From contig OZ176052.1 of the NCBI GenBank assembly GCA_964247055.1, positions 13,516,001-13,580,000 on the forward strand: 64,000 bases of DNA, written 5' to 3'. How positions within the stretch are numbered: position 1 is the first letter of the stretch; each line of letters starts with the position of its first letter. The notes below the pieces were generated by a model. That model was not told the DNA's origin, ran no database searches, and saw only the letters and a program-made list of their open reading frames with translations. Shown piece after piece: positions 12,201-27,600 of the stretch. A program made the translations under genes and the position numbers. Source of the stretch: Paragordius varius. Lineage: Eukaryota; Animalia; Nematomorpha.

Positions 12201-14643
12201 ATCAAATTTGGATTTTAGGTAGCCATTTTTATTTTTAAAATCGTATAAAATAAATTTTTTAAATATTTAAAAAATTCATAAAAATTACATTTATACTCCG
12301 ATCTCAAAAATATTTGGGGTGATGATGGAACTACCATAGGGCTACCCAAAAAAAATTATGGTGACATCACCTGATCAAATTTGGATTTTAGGTAGCCATT
12401 TTTATTTTTAAAATTGTATAAAATAAATTTTTTAAATATTTAAAAAATTCATAAAAATTACATGTATAGTCCGATCCCCAAAATATTTGGGGTGATGATG
12501 GAACTACCATAGGGCTACCCAAAAAAAATTATGTCGACATCACCTGATCAAATTTGGATTTTAGGTAGCCATTTTTATTTTTAAAATCGTATAAAATAAA
12601 TTTTTTAAATATTTAAAAAATTCATAAAAATTACATTTATACTCCGATCTCAAAAATATTTGGGGTTATGATGGAACTACTATAGGGCTACCCAAAAAAA
12701 ATTATGGCGACATCACCTGATCAAATTTGGATTTTAGGTAGCCATTTTTATTTTTAAAATCGTATAAAATAAATTTTTTAAATATTTAAAAAATTCAAAA
12801 AAAATACATTTATACTCCGATCTCGACAATATTTGGGGTGATGATGGAACTACCATAGGGCTACCCAAAAAAAATTATGGTGACATCACCTGATCAAATT
12901 TGGATTTTAGGTAGCCATTTTTATTTTTAAAATCGTATAAAATAAATTTTTTAAATATTTAAAAAATTCATAAAAATTACATTTATAGTCCGATCCCCAA
13001 AATATTTGGGGTGATGATGGAACTATGATAGGGCTACGTAAAAAAAATTATGGCGACATCACCTGATCAAATTTGGATTTTAGGTAGCCATTTTTATTTT
13101 TAAATCGTATAAAATAAATTTTTTAAATATTTAAAAAATTCATAAAAATTACATTTATAGTCCGATCCCCAAAATATTTGGGGTGATGATGGAACTACCA
13201 TAGGGCTACCCAAAAAAAATTATGGCGACATCACCTGATCAAATTTAGATTTTAGGTAGCCATTTTTATTTTTAAAATCGTATAAAATAAATTTTTTAAA
13301 TATTTAAAAAATTCATAAAAATTACATTTATAGTCCGATCCCCAAAGTATTCGGGGTGATGATGGAACTACCATAGGGCTACCCAAAAAAAATTATGGCG
13401 ACATCACCTGATCAAATTTGGATTTTAGGTAGCCATTTTTATTTTTAAAATCGTATAAAATAAGTTTTTTAAATATTTAAAAAATTCATAAAAATTACAT
13501 TTATAGTCCGATCCCCAAAATATTTGGGGTGATGATGGAACTATGATAGGGCTACGTAAAAAAAATTATGGCGACATCACCTGATCAAATTTGGATTTTA
13601 GGTAGCCATTTTTATTTTTAAAATCGTATAAAATAAATTTTTTAAATATTTAAAATTAATAAAAATTACATTTATACTCCGATCTCGAAAATATTTGGGG
13701 TGATGATGGAACTACCATAGGGCTACCCAAAAAAAATTATAGTGACATCACCTGATCAAATTTGGATTTTAGGTAGCCATTTTTATATTTAAAATCGTAT
13801 AAAATAAATTTTTTAAATATTTAAAAAATTCAAAAAAATTACATTTATATTCCGATCTCGAAAATATTTGGGGTGATGATGGAACTACCATAGGGCTACC
13901 CAAAAAAAATTATGGTGACATCACCTGATCAAATTTGGATTTTAGGTAGCCATTTTTATTTTTAAAATCGTATAAAATAAATTTTTTAAATATTTAAAAA
14001 ATTCATAAAAATTACATTTATACTCCGATCTCGAAAATATTTGGGGTGATGATGGAACTACCATAGGGCTACCCAAAAAAAATTATAGTGACATCACCTG
14101 ATCAAATTTGGATTTTAGGTAGCCATTTTTATTTTTAAAATCGTATAAAATAAATTTTTTAAATATTTAAAAAATTCATAAAAATTACATTTATAGTCCG
14201 ATCCCCAAAGTATTCGGGGTGATGATGGAACTACCATAGGGCTACCCAAAAAAAATTATGGTGACATCACCTGATCAAATTTGGATTTTAAGTAGCCATT
14301 TTTATTTTTAAAATCGTATAAAATAAATTTTTTAAATATTTAAAAAATTCATAAAAATTACATTTATACTCCGATCTCGAAAATATTTGGGGTGATGATG
14401 GAACTACCATAGGGCTACCCAAAAAAAATTATGGCGACATCACCTGATCAAATTTGGATTTTAGGTAGCCATTTTTATTTTTAAAATCGTATAAAATAAA
14501 TTTTTTAAATATTTAAAAAATTCATAAAAATTACATTTATAGTCCGATCCCCAAAATATTTGGGGTGATGATGGAACTACCATAGGGCTACCCCAAAAAA
14601 ATTATGGTGACATCACCTGATCAAATTTGGATTTTAGGTAGCC

Positions 14644-15649
14644 ATTTTTATTTTTAAAATCGTATAAAATAAATTTTTTAAATATTTAAAAAATTCATAA
14701 AAATTACATTTATACTCCGATCTCGAAAATATTTGGGGTGATGATGGAAATACCATAGGGCTACCCAAAATAGTGACATCACCTGATCAAATTTGGATTT
14801 TAGGTAGCCATTTTTATTTTTAAAATCGTATAAAATAAATTTTTTAAATATTTAAAAAATTCATAAAAATTACATTTATACGATCTCGAAAATATTTGGG
14901 GTGATGATGGAACTAACATAGGGCTACCCAAAAAAAATTATGTCACCTGATCAAATTTGGATTTTAGGTAGCCATTTTTATTTTTAAAATCGTATAAAAT
15001 AAATTTTTTAAATATTTAAAAAATTCATAAAAATTACATTTATAGTCCGATCCCCAAAATATTTGGGGTGATGATGGAACTACCATAGGGCTACCCAAAA
15101 AAAATTATGGTGACATCACCTGATCAAATTTGGATTTTAGGTAGCCATTTTTATTTTTAAAATCGTATAAAATAAATTTTTTAAATATTTAAAAAATTCA
15201 TAAAAATTACATTTATACTCCGATCTCGAAAATATTTGGGGTGATGATGGAAATACCATAGGGCTACCCAAAATAGTGACATCACCTGATCAAATTTGGA
15301 TTTTAGGTAGCCATTTTTATTTTTAAAATCGTATAAAATAAATTTTTTAAATATTTAAAAAATTCATAAAAATTACATTTATACGATCTCGAAAATATTT
15401 GGGGTGATGATGGAACTAACATAGGGCTACCCAAAAAAAATTATGTCACCTGATCAAATTTGGATTTTAGGTAGCCATTTTTATTTTTAAAATCGTATAA
15501 AATAAATTTTTTAAATATTTAAAAAATTCATAAAAATTACATTTATAGTCCGATCCCCAAAATATTTGGGGTGATGATGGAACTACCATAGGGCTACGCA
15601 AAAAAAATTATGGCGACATCCCCTGATCAAATTTGGATTTTAGGTAGCC
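14644..15649. repeat. Tandem duplication of a 503-bp trimer (166+164+173 bp)
   Basis: Units 14644-15146 and 15147-15649 share GGAAATACC, a 7-bp deletion (CCCAAAATAGTGAC), a 3-bp deletion (TTTATACGATC), ACTAACAT and a 6-bp deletion (TTATGTCACC). Marker offset is 503 bp. Confidence 0.93.
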
Positions 15650-18600
15650 ATTTTTATTTTTAAAATCGTATAAAATAAATTTTTTAAATATTTAAAAAAT
15701 TCAAAAAAATTACATTTATACTCCGATCTCGAAAATATTTGGGGTGATGATGGAACTACCATAGGGTTACCCAAAAAAAATTATGGTGAAATCACCTGAT
15801 CAAATTTGGATTTTAGGTAGCCATTTTTATTTTTAAAATCTTATAAAATAAATTTTTTAAATATTTAAAAAATTCATAAAAATTACATTTATACTCCGAT
15901 CTCGAAAATATTTGGGGTGATGATGGAACTACTATAGGGCTACCCAAAAAAAATTTTGGCGACATCACCTGATCAAATTTGGATTTTAGGTAGCCATTTT
16001 TATTTTTAAAATCGTATAAAATAAATTTTTTAAATATTTAAAAAATTCATAAAAATTACATTTATATTCCGATCTCGAAAATATTTGGGGTGATGATGGA
16101 ACTACCATAGGGCTACCCAAAAAAAATTATGGCGATATCACCTGATCAAATTTGGATTTTAGGTAGCCATTTTTATTTTTAAAATCGTATAAAATAAATT
16201 TTTTAAATATTTTAAAAATTCATAAAAATTACATTTATACTCCGACCTCGAAAATATTTGGGGTGATGATGGAACTACCATAGGGCTACCCAAAAAAAAT
16301 TATGGTGACATCACCTGATCAAATTTGGATTTTAGGTAGCCATTTTTATTTTTAAAATCGTATAAAATAAATTTTTTAAATATTTAAAAAATTCAAAAAA
16401 ATTACATTTATACTCCGATCTCGACAATATTTGGGGTGATGATGGAACTACCATAGGGCTACCCAAAAAAAATTATGGTGACATCACCTGATCAAATTTG
16501 GATTTTAGGTAGCCATTTTTATTTTTAAAATCGTATAAAATAAATTTTTTAAATATTTAAAAAATTCAAAAAAATTACATTTATACTCCGATCTCGACAA
16601 TATTTGGGGTGATGATGGAACTACCATAGGGCTACCCAAAAAAAATTATGGTGACATCACCTGATCAAATTTGGATTTTAGGTAGCCATTTTTATTTTTA
16701 AAATCGTATAAAATAAATTTTTTAAATATTTAAAAAATTCATAAAAATTACATTTATACTCCGATCTCGAAAATATTAGGGGTGATGATGGAACTACCAT
16801 AGGGCTACCCAAAAAAAATTATGGTGACATCACCTGATCAAATTTGGATTTTAGGTAGCCATTTTTATTTTTAAAATCGTATAAAATAAATTTTTTAAAT
16901 ATTTAAAAACTTCATAAAAATTACATTTATAGTCCGATCCCCAAAATATTTGGGGTGATGATGGAACTACCATAAAGCTACCCAAAAAAAATTATGACGA
17001 CATCACCTGATCAAATTTGGATTTTAGGTAGCCATTTTTATTTTTAAAATCGTATAAAATAAATTTTTTAAATATTTAAAAAATTCAAAAAAATTCCATT
17101 TATACTCCGATCTCGACAATATTTGGGGTGATGATGGAACTACCATAGGGCTACCCAAAAAAAATTATGGTGACATCACCTGATCAAATTTGGATTTTAG
17201 GTAGCCATTTTTATTTTTAAAATCGTATAAAATAAATTTTTTAAATGTTTAAAAAATTTATAAAAATTACATTTATACTCCGATCTCGAAAATATTTGGG
17301 GTGATGATGGAACTACCATAGGGCTACCCAAAAAAAATTATGGTGACATCACCTGATCAAATTTGGATTTTAGGTAGCCATTTTTATTTTTAAAATCGTA
17401 TAAAATAAATTTTTTAAATATTAAAAAAATTCATAAAAATTACATTTATAGTCCGATCCCCAAAGTATTTAGGGTGATGATGGAACTACCACAGGGCTAC
17501 CTTAAAAAATTATAGTGACATCACCTGATCAAATTTGGATTTTAGGTAGCCATTTTTATTTTTAAAATCGTATAAAATAAATTTTTTAAATATTTAAAAA
17601 AATCATAAAAATTACATTTATACTTTGATCTCGAAAATATTTGGGGTGATGATGGAACTATAGGGCTACCCAAAAAAATTATAGTGACATCACCTGATCA
17701 AATTTGGATTTTAGGTAGCCATTTTTATTTTTAAAATCGTATAAAATAAATTTTTTAAATATTTAAAAAATATATAAAAATTACATTTATACTCCGATCT
17801 CGAAAATATTTGGGGTGATGATGGAACTACCATAGGGCTACCCAAAAAAAATTATGGTGACATCACCTGATCAAATTTGGATTTTAGGTAGCCATTTTTA
17901 TTTTTAAAATCGTATAAAATAAATTTTTTAAATATTTAAAAAATTCATAAAAATTACATTTATACTCCGATCTCGAAAATATTTGGGGTGATGATGGAAC
18001 TACCATAGGGCTACCCAAAAAATTATAGTGACATCACCTGATCAAATTTGGATTTTAGGTAGCCATTTTTATTTTTAAAATCGTATAAAATAAGTTTTTT
18101 AAATATTTAAAAAATTCATAAAAATTTTTATACTCCGAGCTCGAAAATATTTGGGGTGATGATGGAACTACCATAGGGCTACCCAAAAAAAATTATGGTG
18201 ACATCACCTGATCAAATTTGGATTTTAGGTAGCCATTTTTATTTTTAAAATCGTATAAAATAAATTTTTTAAATATTTAAAAAATTCATAAAAATTACAT
18301 TTATAGTCCGATCCCCAAAAATTTAAGGTGATGATGGAACTACCATAGGGCTACCCAAAAAAATTATAGTGACATCACCTTATCAAATTTGGATTTTAGG
18401 TAGCCATTTTTATTTTTGAAATCGTATAAAATAAATTTTTTAAATATTTAAAAAATTCATAAAAATTACATTTATACTCCGATCTCGAAAATATTTGGGG
18501 TGATAATGGAACTACCATAGGGCTACCCAAAAAAATTATGGTGACATCACCTGATCAAATTTGGATTTTAGGTAGCCATTTTTATTTTTAAAATCGTATA

Positions 18601-21600
18601 AAATAAATTTTTTAAATATTTAAAAAATTCATAAAAATTACATTTATACTCCGATCTCGAAAATATTTGGGGTGATGATGGAACCACCATAGGGCTACCC
18701 AAAAAAAATTATGGTGACATCACCTGATCAAATTTGGATTTTAGGTAGCCATTTTTATTTTTAAAATCGTATAAAATAAATTTTTTAAATATTAAAAAAA
18801 TTCATAAAAATTACATTTATAGTCCGATCCTCAAAGTATTTGGGGTGATGATGGAACTACCATAGTTAAAAAATTATAGTGACATCACCTGATCAAATTT
18901 GGATTTTAGGTAGCCATTTTTATTTTTAAAATCGTATAAAGTAAATTTTTTAAATATTTAAAAAATTCATAAAAATTACATTTATACTCCGATCTCGAAA
19001 ATATTTGGGGTGATGATGGAACTACCATAGGGCTACCCAAAAAAATTATAGTGACATCACCTGATCAAATTTGGATTTTAGGTAGCCATTTTTATTTTTA
19101 AAATCGTATAAAATAAATTTTTTAAATATTTAAAAAATTCATAAAAATTACATTTATACTCCGATCTCGAAAATATTTGGGGTAATGATGGAACTACCAT
19201 AAGGCTACCCAAAAAAATTATAGTGACATCACCTGATCAAATTTGGATTTTAGGTAGCCATTTTTATTTTTAAAATCGTATAAAATAAGTTTTTTAAATA
19301 TTTAAAAAATTCATAAAAATTACATTTATACTCCGATCTCGAAAATATTTGGGGTGATGATGGAACTACCATAGGGCTACCCAAAAAAATTATAGTGACA
19401 TCACCTGATCAAATTTGGATTTTAGGTAGCCATTTTTATTTTTAAAATCGTATAAAATAAGTTTTTTAAATATTTAAAAAATTCATAAAAATTTTTATAC
19501 TCCGATCTCGAAAATATTTGGGGTGATGATGGAACTACCATAGGGCTACCCAAAAAAAATTATGGTGACATCACCTGATCAAATTTGGATTTTAGGTAGC
19601 CATTTTTATTTTTAAAATCGTATAAAATAAATTTTTTAAATATTTAAAAAATTCATAAAAATTACATTTATAGTCCGATCCCCAAAAATTTAGGGTGATG
19701 ATGGAACTACCATAGGGCTACCCAAAAAAATTATAGTGACATCACCTTATCAAATTTGGATTTTAGGTAGCCATTTTTATTTTTGAAATCGTATAAAATA
19801 AATTTTTTAATCATTTAAAAAATTCATAAAAATTACATTTATACTCCGATCTCGAAAATATTTGGGGTGATAATGGAACTACCATAGGGCTACCCAAAAA
19901 AAATTATAGTGACATCACCTGATCAAATTTGGATTTTAGGTAGCCATTTTTATTTTCAAAATCGTATAAAATAAATTTTTTAAATATTTAAAAAATTCAT
20001 AAAAATTACATTTATAGTCCGATCCCCAAAGTATTCGGGGTGATGATGGAACTACCATAGGGCTACCCAAAAAAAATTATGGCGACATCACCTGATCAAA
20101 TTTGGATTTTAGGTAGCCATTTTTATTTTTAAAATCGTATAAAATAAATTTTTTAAATATTTAAAAAATTCATAAAAATTACATTTATACTCCGATCTCG
20201 AAAATATTTGGGGTGATGATGGAACTACCATAGGGCTACCCAAAAAAATTATAGTGACATCACCCGATCATATTTGGATTTTAGATAGCCATTTTTATTT
20301 TTAAAATCGTATAAAATAAATTTTTTAAATATTTAAAAAATTAATAAAAATTACATTTATACTCCGATCTCGAAAATATTTGGGGTGATGATGGAACTAC
20401 CATAGGGCTACCCAAAAAAAATTATAGTGACATCACCTGATCAAATTTGGATTTTAGGTAGCCATTTTTAAATTTAAAATCGTATAAAATAAATTTTTTA
20501 AATATTTAAAAAATTCATAAAAATTACATTTATAGTCCGATCCCCAAAATATTTGGGGTGATGATGGAACTACCATAGGGCTACGCAAAAAAAATTATGG
20601 CGACATCCCCTGATCAAATTTGGATTTTAGGTAGCCATTTTTATTTTTAAAATCGTATAAAATAAATTTTTTAAATATTTAAAAAATTCAAAAAAATTAC
20701 ATTTATACTCCGATCTCGACAATATTTGGGGTGATGATGGAGCTACCATAGGGTTACCCAAAAAAAATTATGGTGACATCACCTGATCAAATTTGGATTT
20801 TAAGTAGCCATTTTTATTTTTAAAATCGTATAAAATAAATTTTTTAAATATTTAAAAAATTCATAAAAATTACATTTATACTCCGATCTCGAAAATATTT
20901 GGGGTGATGATGGAAATACCATAGGGCTACCCAAAATAGTGACATCACCTGATCAAATTTGGATTTTAGGTAGCCATTTTTATTTTTAAAATCGTATAAA
21001 ATAAATTTTTTAAATATTTAAAAAATTCATAAAAATTACATTTATACGATCTCGAAAATATTTGGGGTGATGATGGAACTAACATAGGGCTACCCAAAAA
21101 AAATTATGTCACCTGATCAAATTTGGATTTTAGGTAGCCATTTTTATTTTTAAAATCGTATAAAATAAATTTTTTAAATATTTAAAAAATTCATAAAAAT
21201 TACATTTATAGTCCGATCCCCAAAATATTTGGGGTGATGATGGAACTACCATAGGGCTACGCAAAAAAAATTATGGCGACATCCCCTGATCAAATTTGGA
21301 TTTTAGGTAGCCATTTTTATTTTTAAAATCGTATAAAATAAATTTTTTAAATATTTAAAAAATTCAAAAAAATTACATTTATACTCCGATCTCGAAAATA
21401 TTTGGGGTGATGATGGAACTACCATAGGGTTACCCAAAAAAAATTATGGTGACATCACCTGATCAAATTTGGATTTTAGGTAGCCATTTTTATTTTTAAA
21501 ATCGTATAAAATAAATTTTTTAAATATTTAAAAAATTCATAAAAATTACATTTATACGATCTCGAAAATATTTGGGGTGATGATGGAACTAACATAGGGC

Positions 21601-24600
21601 TACCCAAAAAAAATTATGTCACCTGATCAAATTTGGATTTTAGGTAGCCATTTTTATTTTTAAAATCGTATAAAATAAATTTTTTAAATATTTAAAAAAT
21701 TCATAAAAATTACATTTATAGTCCGATCCCCAAAATATTTGGGGTGATGATGGAACTACCATAGGGCTACCCAAAATAAATTATGGTGACATCACCTGAT
21801 CAAATTTGGATTTTAGGTAGCCATTTTTATTTTTAAAATCGTATAAAATAAATTTTTTAAATATTTAAAAAATTCATAAAAATTACATTTATAGTCCGAT
21901 CCCCAAAGTATTCGGGGTGATGATGGAACTACCATAGGGCTACCCAAAAAAAATTATGGCGACATCACCTGATCAAATTTGGATTTTAGGTAGCCATTTT
22001 TATTTTTAAAATCGTATAAAATAAATTTTTTAAATATTTAAAAAATTCATAAAAATTACATTTATACTCCGATCTCGAAAATATTTGGGGTGATGATGGA
22101 ACTACCATAGGGCTACCCAAAAAAATTATAGTGACATCACCTGATCAAATTTGGATTTTAGGTAGCCATTTTTATTTTTAAAATCGTATAAAATAAAATT
22201 TTTGAATATTTAAAAAATTAATAAAAATTACATTTATACTCCGATCTCGAAAATATTTGGGGTGATGATGGAACTACCATAGGGCTACCCAAAAAAAATT
22301 ATAGTGACATCACCTGATCAAATTTGGATTTTAGGTAGCCATTTTTATTTTTAAAATCGTATAAAATAAATTTTTTAAATATTTAAAAAATTCATAAAAA
22401 TTACATTTATATTCCGATCTCGAAAATATTTGGGGTGATGATGGAACTACCATAGGGCTACCCAAAAAAAATTATGGTGACATCACCTGATCAAATTTGG
22501 ATTTTAGGTAGCCATTTTTATTTTTAAAATCGTATAAAATAAATTTTTTAAATATTTAAAAAATTCAAAAAAATTACATTTATACTCCGATCTCGACAAT
22601 ATTTGGGGTGATGATGGAACTACCATAGGGCTACCCAAAAAAAATTATGGCGACATCACCTGATCAAATATTTTAGGTAGCCATTTTTATTTTTAAAATC
22701 GTATAAAATAAATTTTTTAAATATTTAAAAAATTCATAAAAATTACATTTATAGTCCGATCCCCAAAATATTTGGGGTGATGATGGAACTACCATAGGGC
22801 TACCCAAAAAAAATTATGGTGACATCACCTGATCAAATTTGGATTTTAGGTAGCCATTTTTATTTTTAAAATCGTATAAAATAAATTTTTTAAATATTTA
22901 AAAAATTCATAAAAATTACATTTATAGTCCGATCCCCAAAATATTTGGGGTGATGATGGAACTACCATAGGGCTACCCAAAAAAAATTATGGTGACATCA
23001 CCTGATCAAATTTGGATTTTAGGTAGCCATTTTTATTTTTAAAATCGTATAAAATAAATTTTTTAAATATTTAAAAAATTCATAAAAATTACATTTATAC
23101 TCCGATCTCGAAAATATTTGGGGTGATGATGGAAATACCATAGGGCTACCCAAAATAGTGACATCACCTGATCAAATTTGGATTTTAGGTAGCCATTTTT
23201 ATTTTTAAAATCGTATAAAATAAATTTTTTAAATATTTAAAAAATTCATAAAAATTACATTTATACGATCTCGAAAATATTTGGGGTGATGATGGAACTA
23301 ACATAGGGCTACCCAAAAAAAATTATGTCACCTGATCAAATTTGGATTTTAGGTAGCCATTTTTATTTTTAAAATCGTATAAAATAAATTTTTTAAATAT
23401 TTAAAAAATTCATAAAAATTACATTTATAGTCCGATCCCCAAAATATTTGGGGTGATGATGGAACTACCATAGGGCTAAGCAAAAAAAATTATGGCGACA
23501 TCCCCTGATCAAATTTGGATTTTAGGTAGCCATTTTTATTTTTAAAATCGTATAAAATAAATTTTTTAAATATTTAAAAAATTCAAAAAAATTACATTTA
23601 TACTCCGATCTCGAAAATATTTGGGGTGATGATGGAACTACCATAGGGTTACCCAAAAAAAATTATGGTGACATCACCTGATCAAATTTGGATTTTAGGT
23701 AGCCATTTTTATTTTTAAAATCGTATAAAATAAATTTTTTAAATATTTAAAAAATTCATAAAAATTACATTTATAGTCCGAGCCCCAAAATATTTGGGGT
23801 GATGATGGAACTACCATAGGGCTACGCAAAAAAAATTATGGTGACATCACCTGATCAAATTTGGATTTTAGGTAGCCATTTTTATTTTTAAAATCGTATA
23901 AAATAAATTTTTTAAATATTTAAAAAATTCATAAAAATTACATTTATACGATCTCGAAAATATTTGGGGTGATGATGGAACTAACATAGGGCTACCCAAA
24001 AAAAATTATGGTGACATCACCTGATCAAATTTGGATTTTAGGTAGCCATTTTTATTTTTAAAATCGTATAAAATAAATTTTTTAAATATTTAAAAAATTC
24101 ATAAAAATTACATTTATAGTCCGATCCCCAAAATATTTGGGGTGATGATGGAACTACCATAGGGCTACCCAAAAAAAATTATGGTGACATCACCTGATCA
24201 AATTTGGATTTTAGGTAGCCATTTTTATTTTTAAAATCGTATAAAATAAATTTTTTAAATATTTAAAAAATTCATAAAAATTACATTTATAGTCCGATCC
24301 CCAAAATATTTGGGGTGATGATGGAACTACCATAGGGCTACGCAAAAAAAATTATGGTGACATCACCTGATCAAATTTGGATTTTAGGTAGCCATTTTTA
24401 TTTTTAAAATCGTATAAAATAAATTTTTTAAATATTTAAAAAATTCAAAAAAATTACATTTATACTCCGATCTCGACAATATTTGGGGTGATGATGGAAC
24501 TACCATAGGGCTACCCAAAAAAAATTATGGTGACATCACCTGATCAAATTTGGATTTTAGGTAGCCATTTTTATTTTTAAAATCGTATAAAATAAATTTT

Positions 24601-27600
24601 TTAAATATTTAAAAAATTCATAAAAATTACATTTATATTCCGATCTCGAAAATATTTGGGGTGATGATGGAACTACCATAGGGCTACCCAAAAAAAATTA
24701 TGGTGACATCACCTGATCAAATTTGGATTTTAGGTAGCCATTTTTATTTTTAAAATCGTATAAAATAAATTTTTTAAATATTTAAAAAATTCATAAAAAT
24801 TACATTTATAGTCCGATCCCCAAAATATTTGGGGTGATGATGGAACTACCATAGGGCTACGCAAAAAAAATTATGGTGACATCACCTGATCAAATTTGGA
24901 TTTTAGGTAGCCATTTTTATTTTTAAAATCGTATAAAATAATTTTTTTAAATATTTAAAAAATTCATAAAAATTACATTTATACGATCTCGAAAATATTT
25001 GGGGTGATGATGGAACTAACATAGGGCTACCCAAAAAAAATTATGTCACCTGATCAAATTTGGATTTTAGGTAGCCATTTTTATTTTTAAAATCGTATAA
25101 AATAAATTTTTTAAATATTTAAAAAATTCATAAAAATTACATTTATAGTCCGATCCCCAAAATATTTGGGGTGATGATGGAACTACCATAGGGCTACCCA
25201 AAATAAATTATGGTGACATCACCTGATCAAATTTGGATTTTAGGTAGCCATTTTTATTTTTAAAATCGTATAAAATAAATTTTTTAAATATTTAAAAAAT
25301 TCATAAAAATTACATTTATAGTCCGATCCCCAAAGTATTCGGGGTGATGATGGAACTACCATAGGGCTACCCAAAAAAAATTATGGCGACATCACCTGAT
25401 CAAATTTTGATTTTAGGTAGCCATTTTTATTTTTAAAATCGTATAAAATAAATTTTTTAAATATTTAAAAAATTCATAAAAATTACATTTATACTCCGAT
25501 CTCGAAAATATTTGGGGTGATGATGGAACTACCATAGGGCTACCCAAAAAAATTATAGTGACATCACCTGATCAAATTTGGATTTTAGGTAGCCATTTTT
25601 ATTTTTAAAATCGTATAAAATAAAATTTTTAAGTATTTAAAAAATTAATAAAAATTACATTTATACTCCGATCTCGAAAATATTTGGGGTGATGATGGAA
25701 CTACCATAGGGCTACCCAAAAAAAATTATAGTGACATCACCTGATCAAATTTGGATTTTAGGTAGCCATTTTTATTTTTAAAATCGTATAAAATAAATTT
25801 TTTAAATATTTAAAAAATTCATAAAAATTACATTTATACTCCGATCTCGAAAATATTTGGGGTGATGATGGAACTACCATAGGGCTACCCAAAAAAATTA
25901 TGGTGACATCACCTGATCAAATTTGGATTTTAGGTAGCCATTTTTATTTTTAAAATCGTATAAAATAAATTTTTTAAATATTTAAAAAATTCATAAAAAT
26001 TACATTTATACTCCAATCTCGAAAATATTTAGGGTGATGATGGAACTACCATAGGGCTACCCAAAAAAAATTATGGCGACATCACCTGATCAAATTTGGA
26101 TTTTAGGTAGCCATTTTTATTTTTAAAATCGTATAAAATAAATTTTTTAAATATTTAAAAAATTCAAAAAAATTACATTTATACTCCGATCTCGACAATA
26201 TTTGGGGTGATGATGGAACTACCATAGGGCTACCCAAAAAAAATTATGGTGACATCACCTGATCAAATTTGGATTTTAGGTAGCCATTTTTATTTTTAAA
26301 ATCGTATAAAATAAATTTTTTAAATATTTAAAAAATTCATAAAAATTACATTTATATTCCGATCTCCAAAATATTTGGGGTGATGATGGAACTACCATAG
26401 GGCTACCCAAAAAAAATTATGGTGACATCACCTGATCAAATTTGGATTTTAGGTAGCCATTTTTATTTTTAAAATCGTATAAAATAAATTTTTTAAATAT
26501 TTAAAAAATTCATAAAAATTACATTTATAGTCCGATCCCCAAAATATTTGGGGTGATGATGGAACTACCATAGGGCTACGCAAAAAAAATTATGGCGACA
26601 TCACCTGATCAAATTTGGATTTTAGGTAGCCATTTTTATTTTTAAAATCGTATAAAATAAATTTTTTAAATATTTAAAAAATTCAAAAAAATTACATTTA
26701 TCCGATCTCGACAATATTTGGGGTGATGATGGAACTACCATAGGGTTACCCAAAAAAAATTATGGAGACATCACCTGATCAAATTTGGATTTTAAGTAGC
26801 CATTTTTATTTTAAAATCGTATAAAATAAATTTTTTAAATATTTAAAAAATTCATAAAAATTACATTTATACTCCGATCTCGAAAATATTTGGGGTGATG
26901 ATGGAACTACCATAGGGCTACCCAAAATAGTGACATCACCTGATCAAATTTGGATTTTAGGTAGCCATTTTTATTTTTAAAATCGTATGAAATAAATTTT
27001 TTAAATATTTAAAAAATTCATAAAAATTACATTTATAGTCCGATCCCCAAAATATTTGGGGTGATGATGAAACTACCATAGGGCTACGCAAAAAAAATTA
27101 TGGCGACATCACCTGATCAAATTTGGATTTTAGGTAGCCATTTTTATTTTTAAAATCATATAAAATAAATTTTTTAAATATTTAAAAAATTCAAAAAAAT
27201 TACATTTATACTCCGATCTCGACAATATTTGGGGTGATGATGGAATTACCATAGGGCTACCCAAAAAAAATCATGGCGACATCACCTGATCAAATTTGGA
27301 TTTTAGGTAGCCATTTTTATTTTTAAAATCGTATAAAATAAATTTTTTAAATATTTAAAAAATTCATAAAAATTACATTTATATTCCGATCTCGAAAATA
27401 TTTGGGGTGATGATGGAACTACCATGGGCTACACAAAAAAAATTATGGTGACATCACCTGATCAAATTTGGATTTTAGGTAGCCATTTTTATTTTTAAAA
27501 TCGTATAAAATAAATTTTTCAAATATTTAAAAAATTCATAAAAATTACATTTATAGTCCGATCCCCAAAATATTTGGGGTGATGATGGAACTACTATAGG

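Noticed and set aside
12917-13610. Apparent trimer HOR from ACTATGATAGGGCTACGTA at 13027 and 13545 (518 bp apart)
   Set aside because: Only the marker monomer is shared. The neighbouring monomers differ, so a full tandem unit is not supported.
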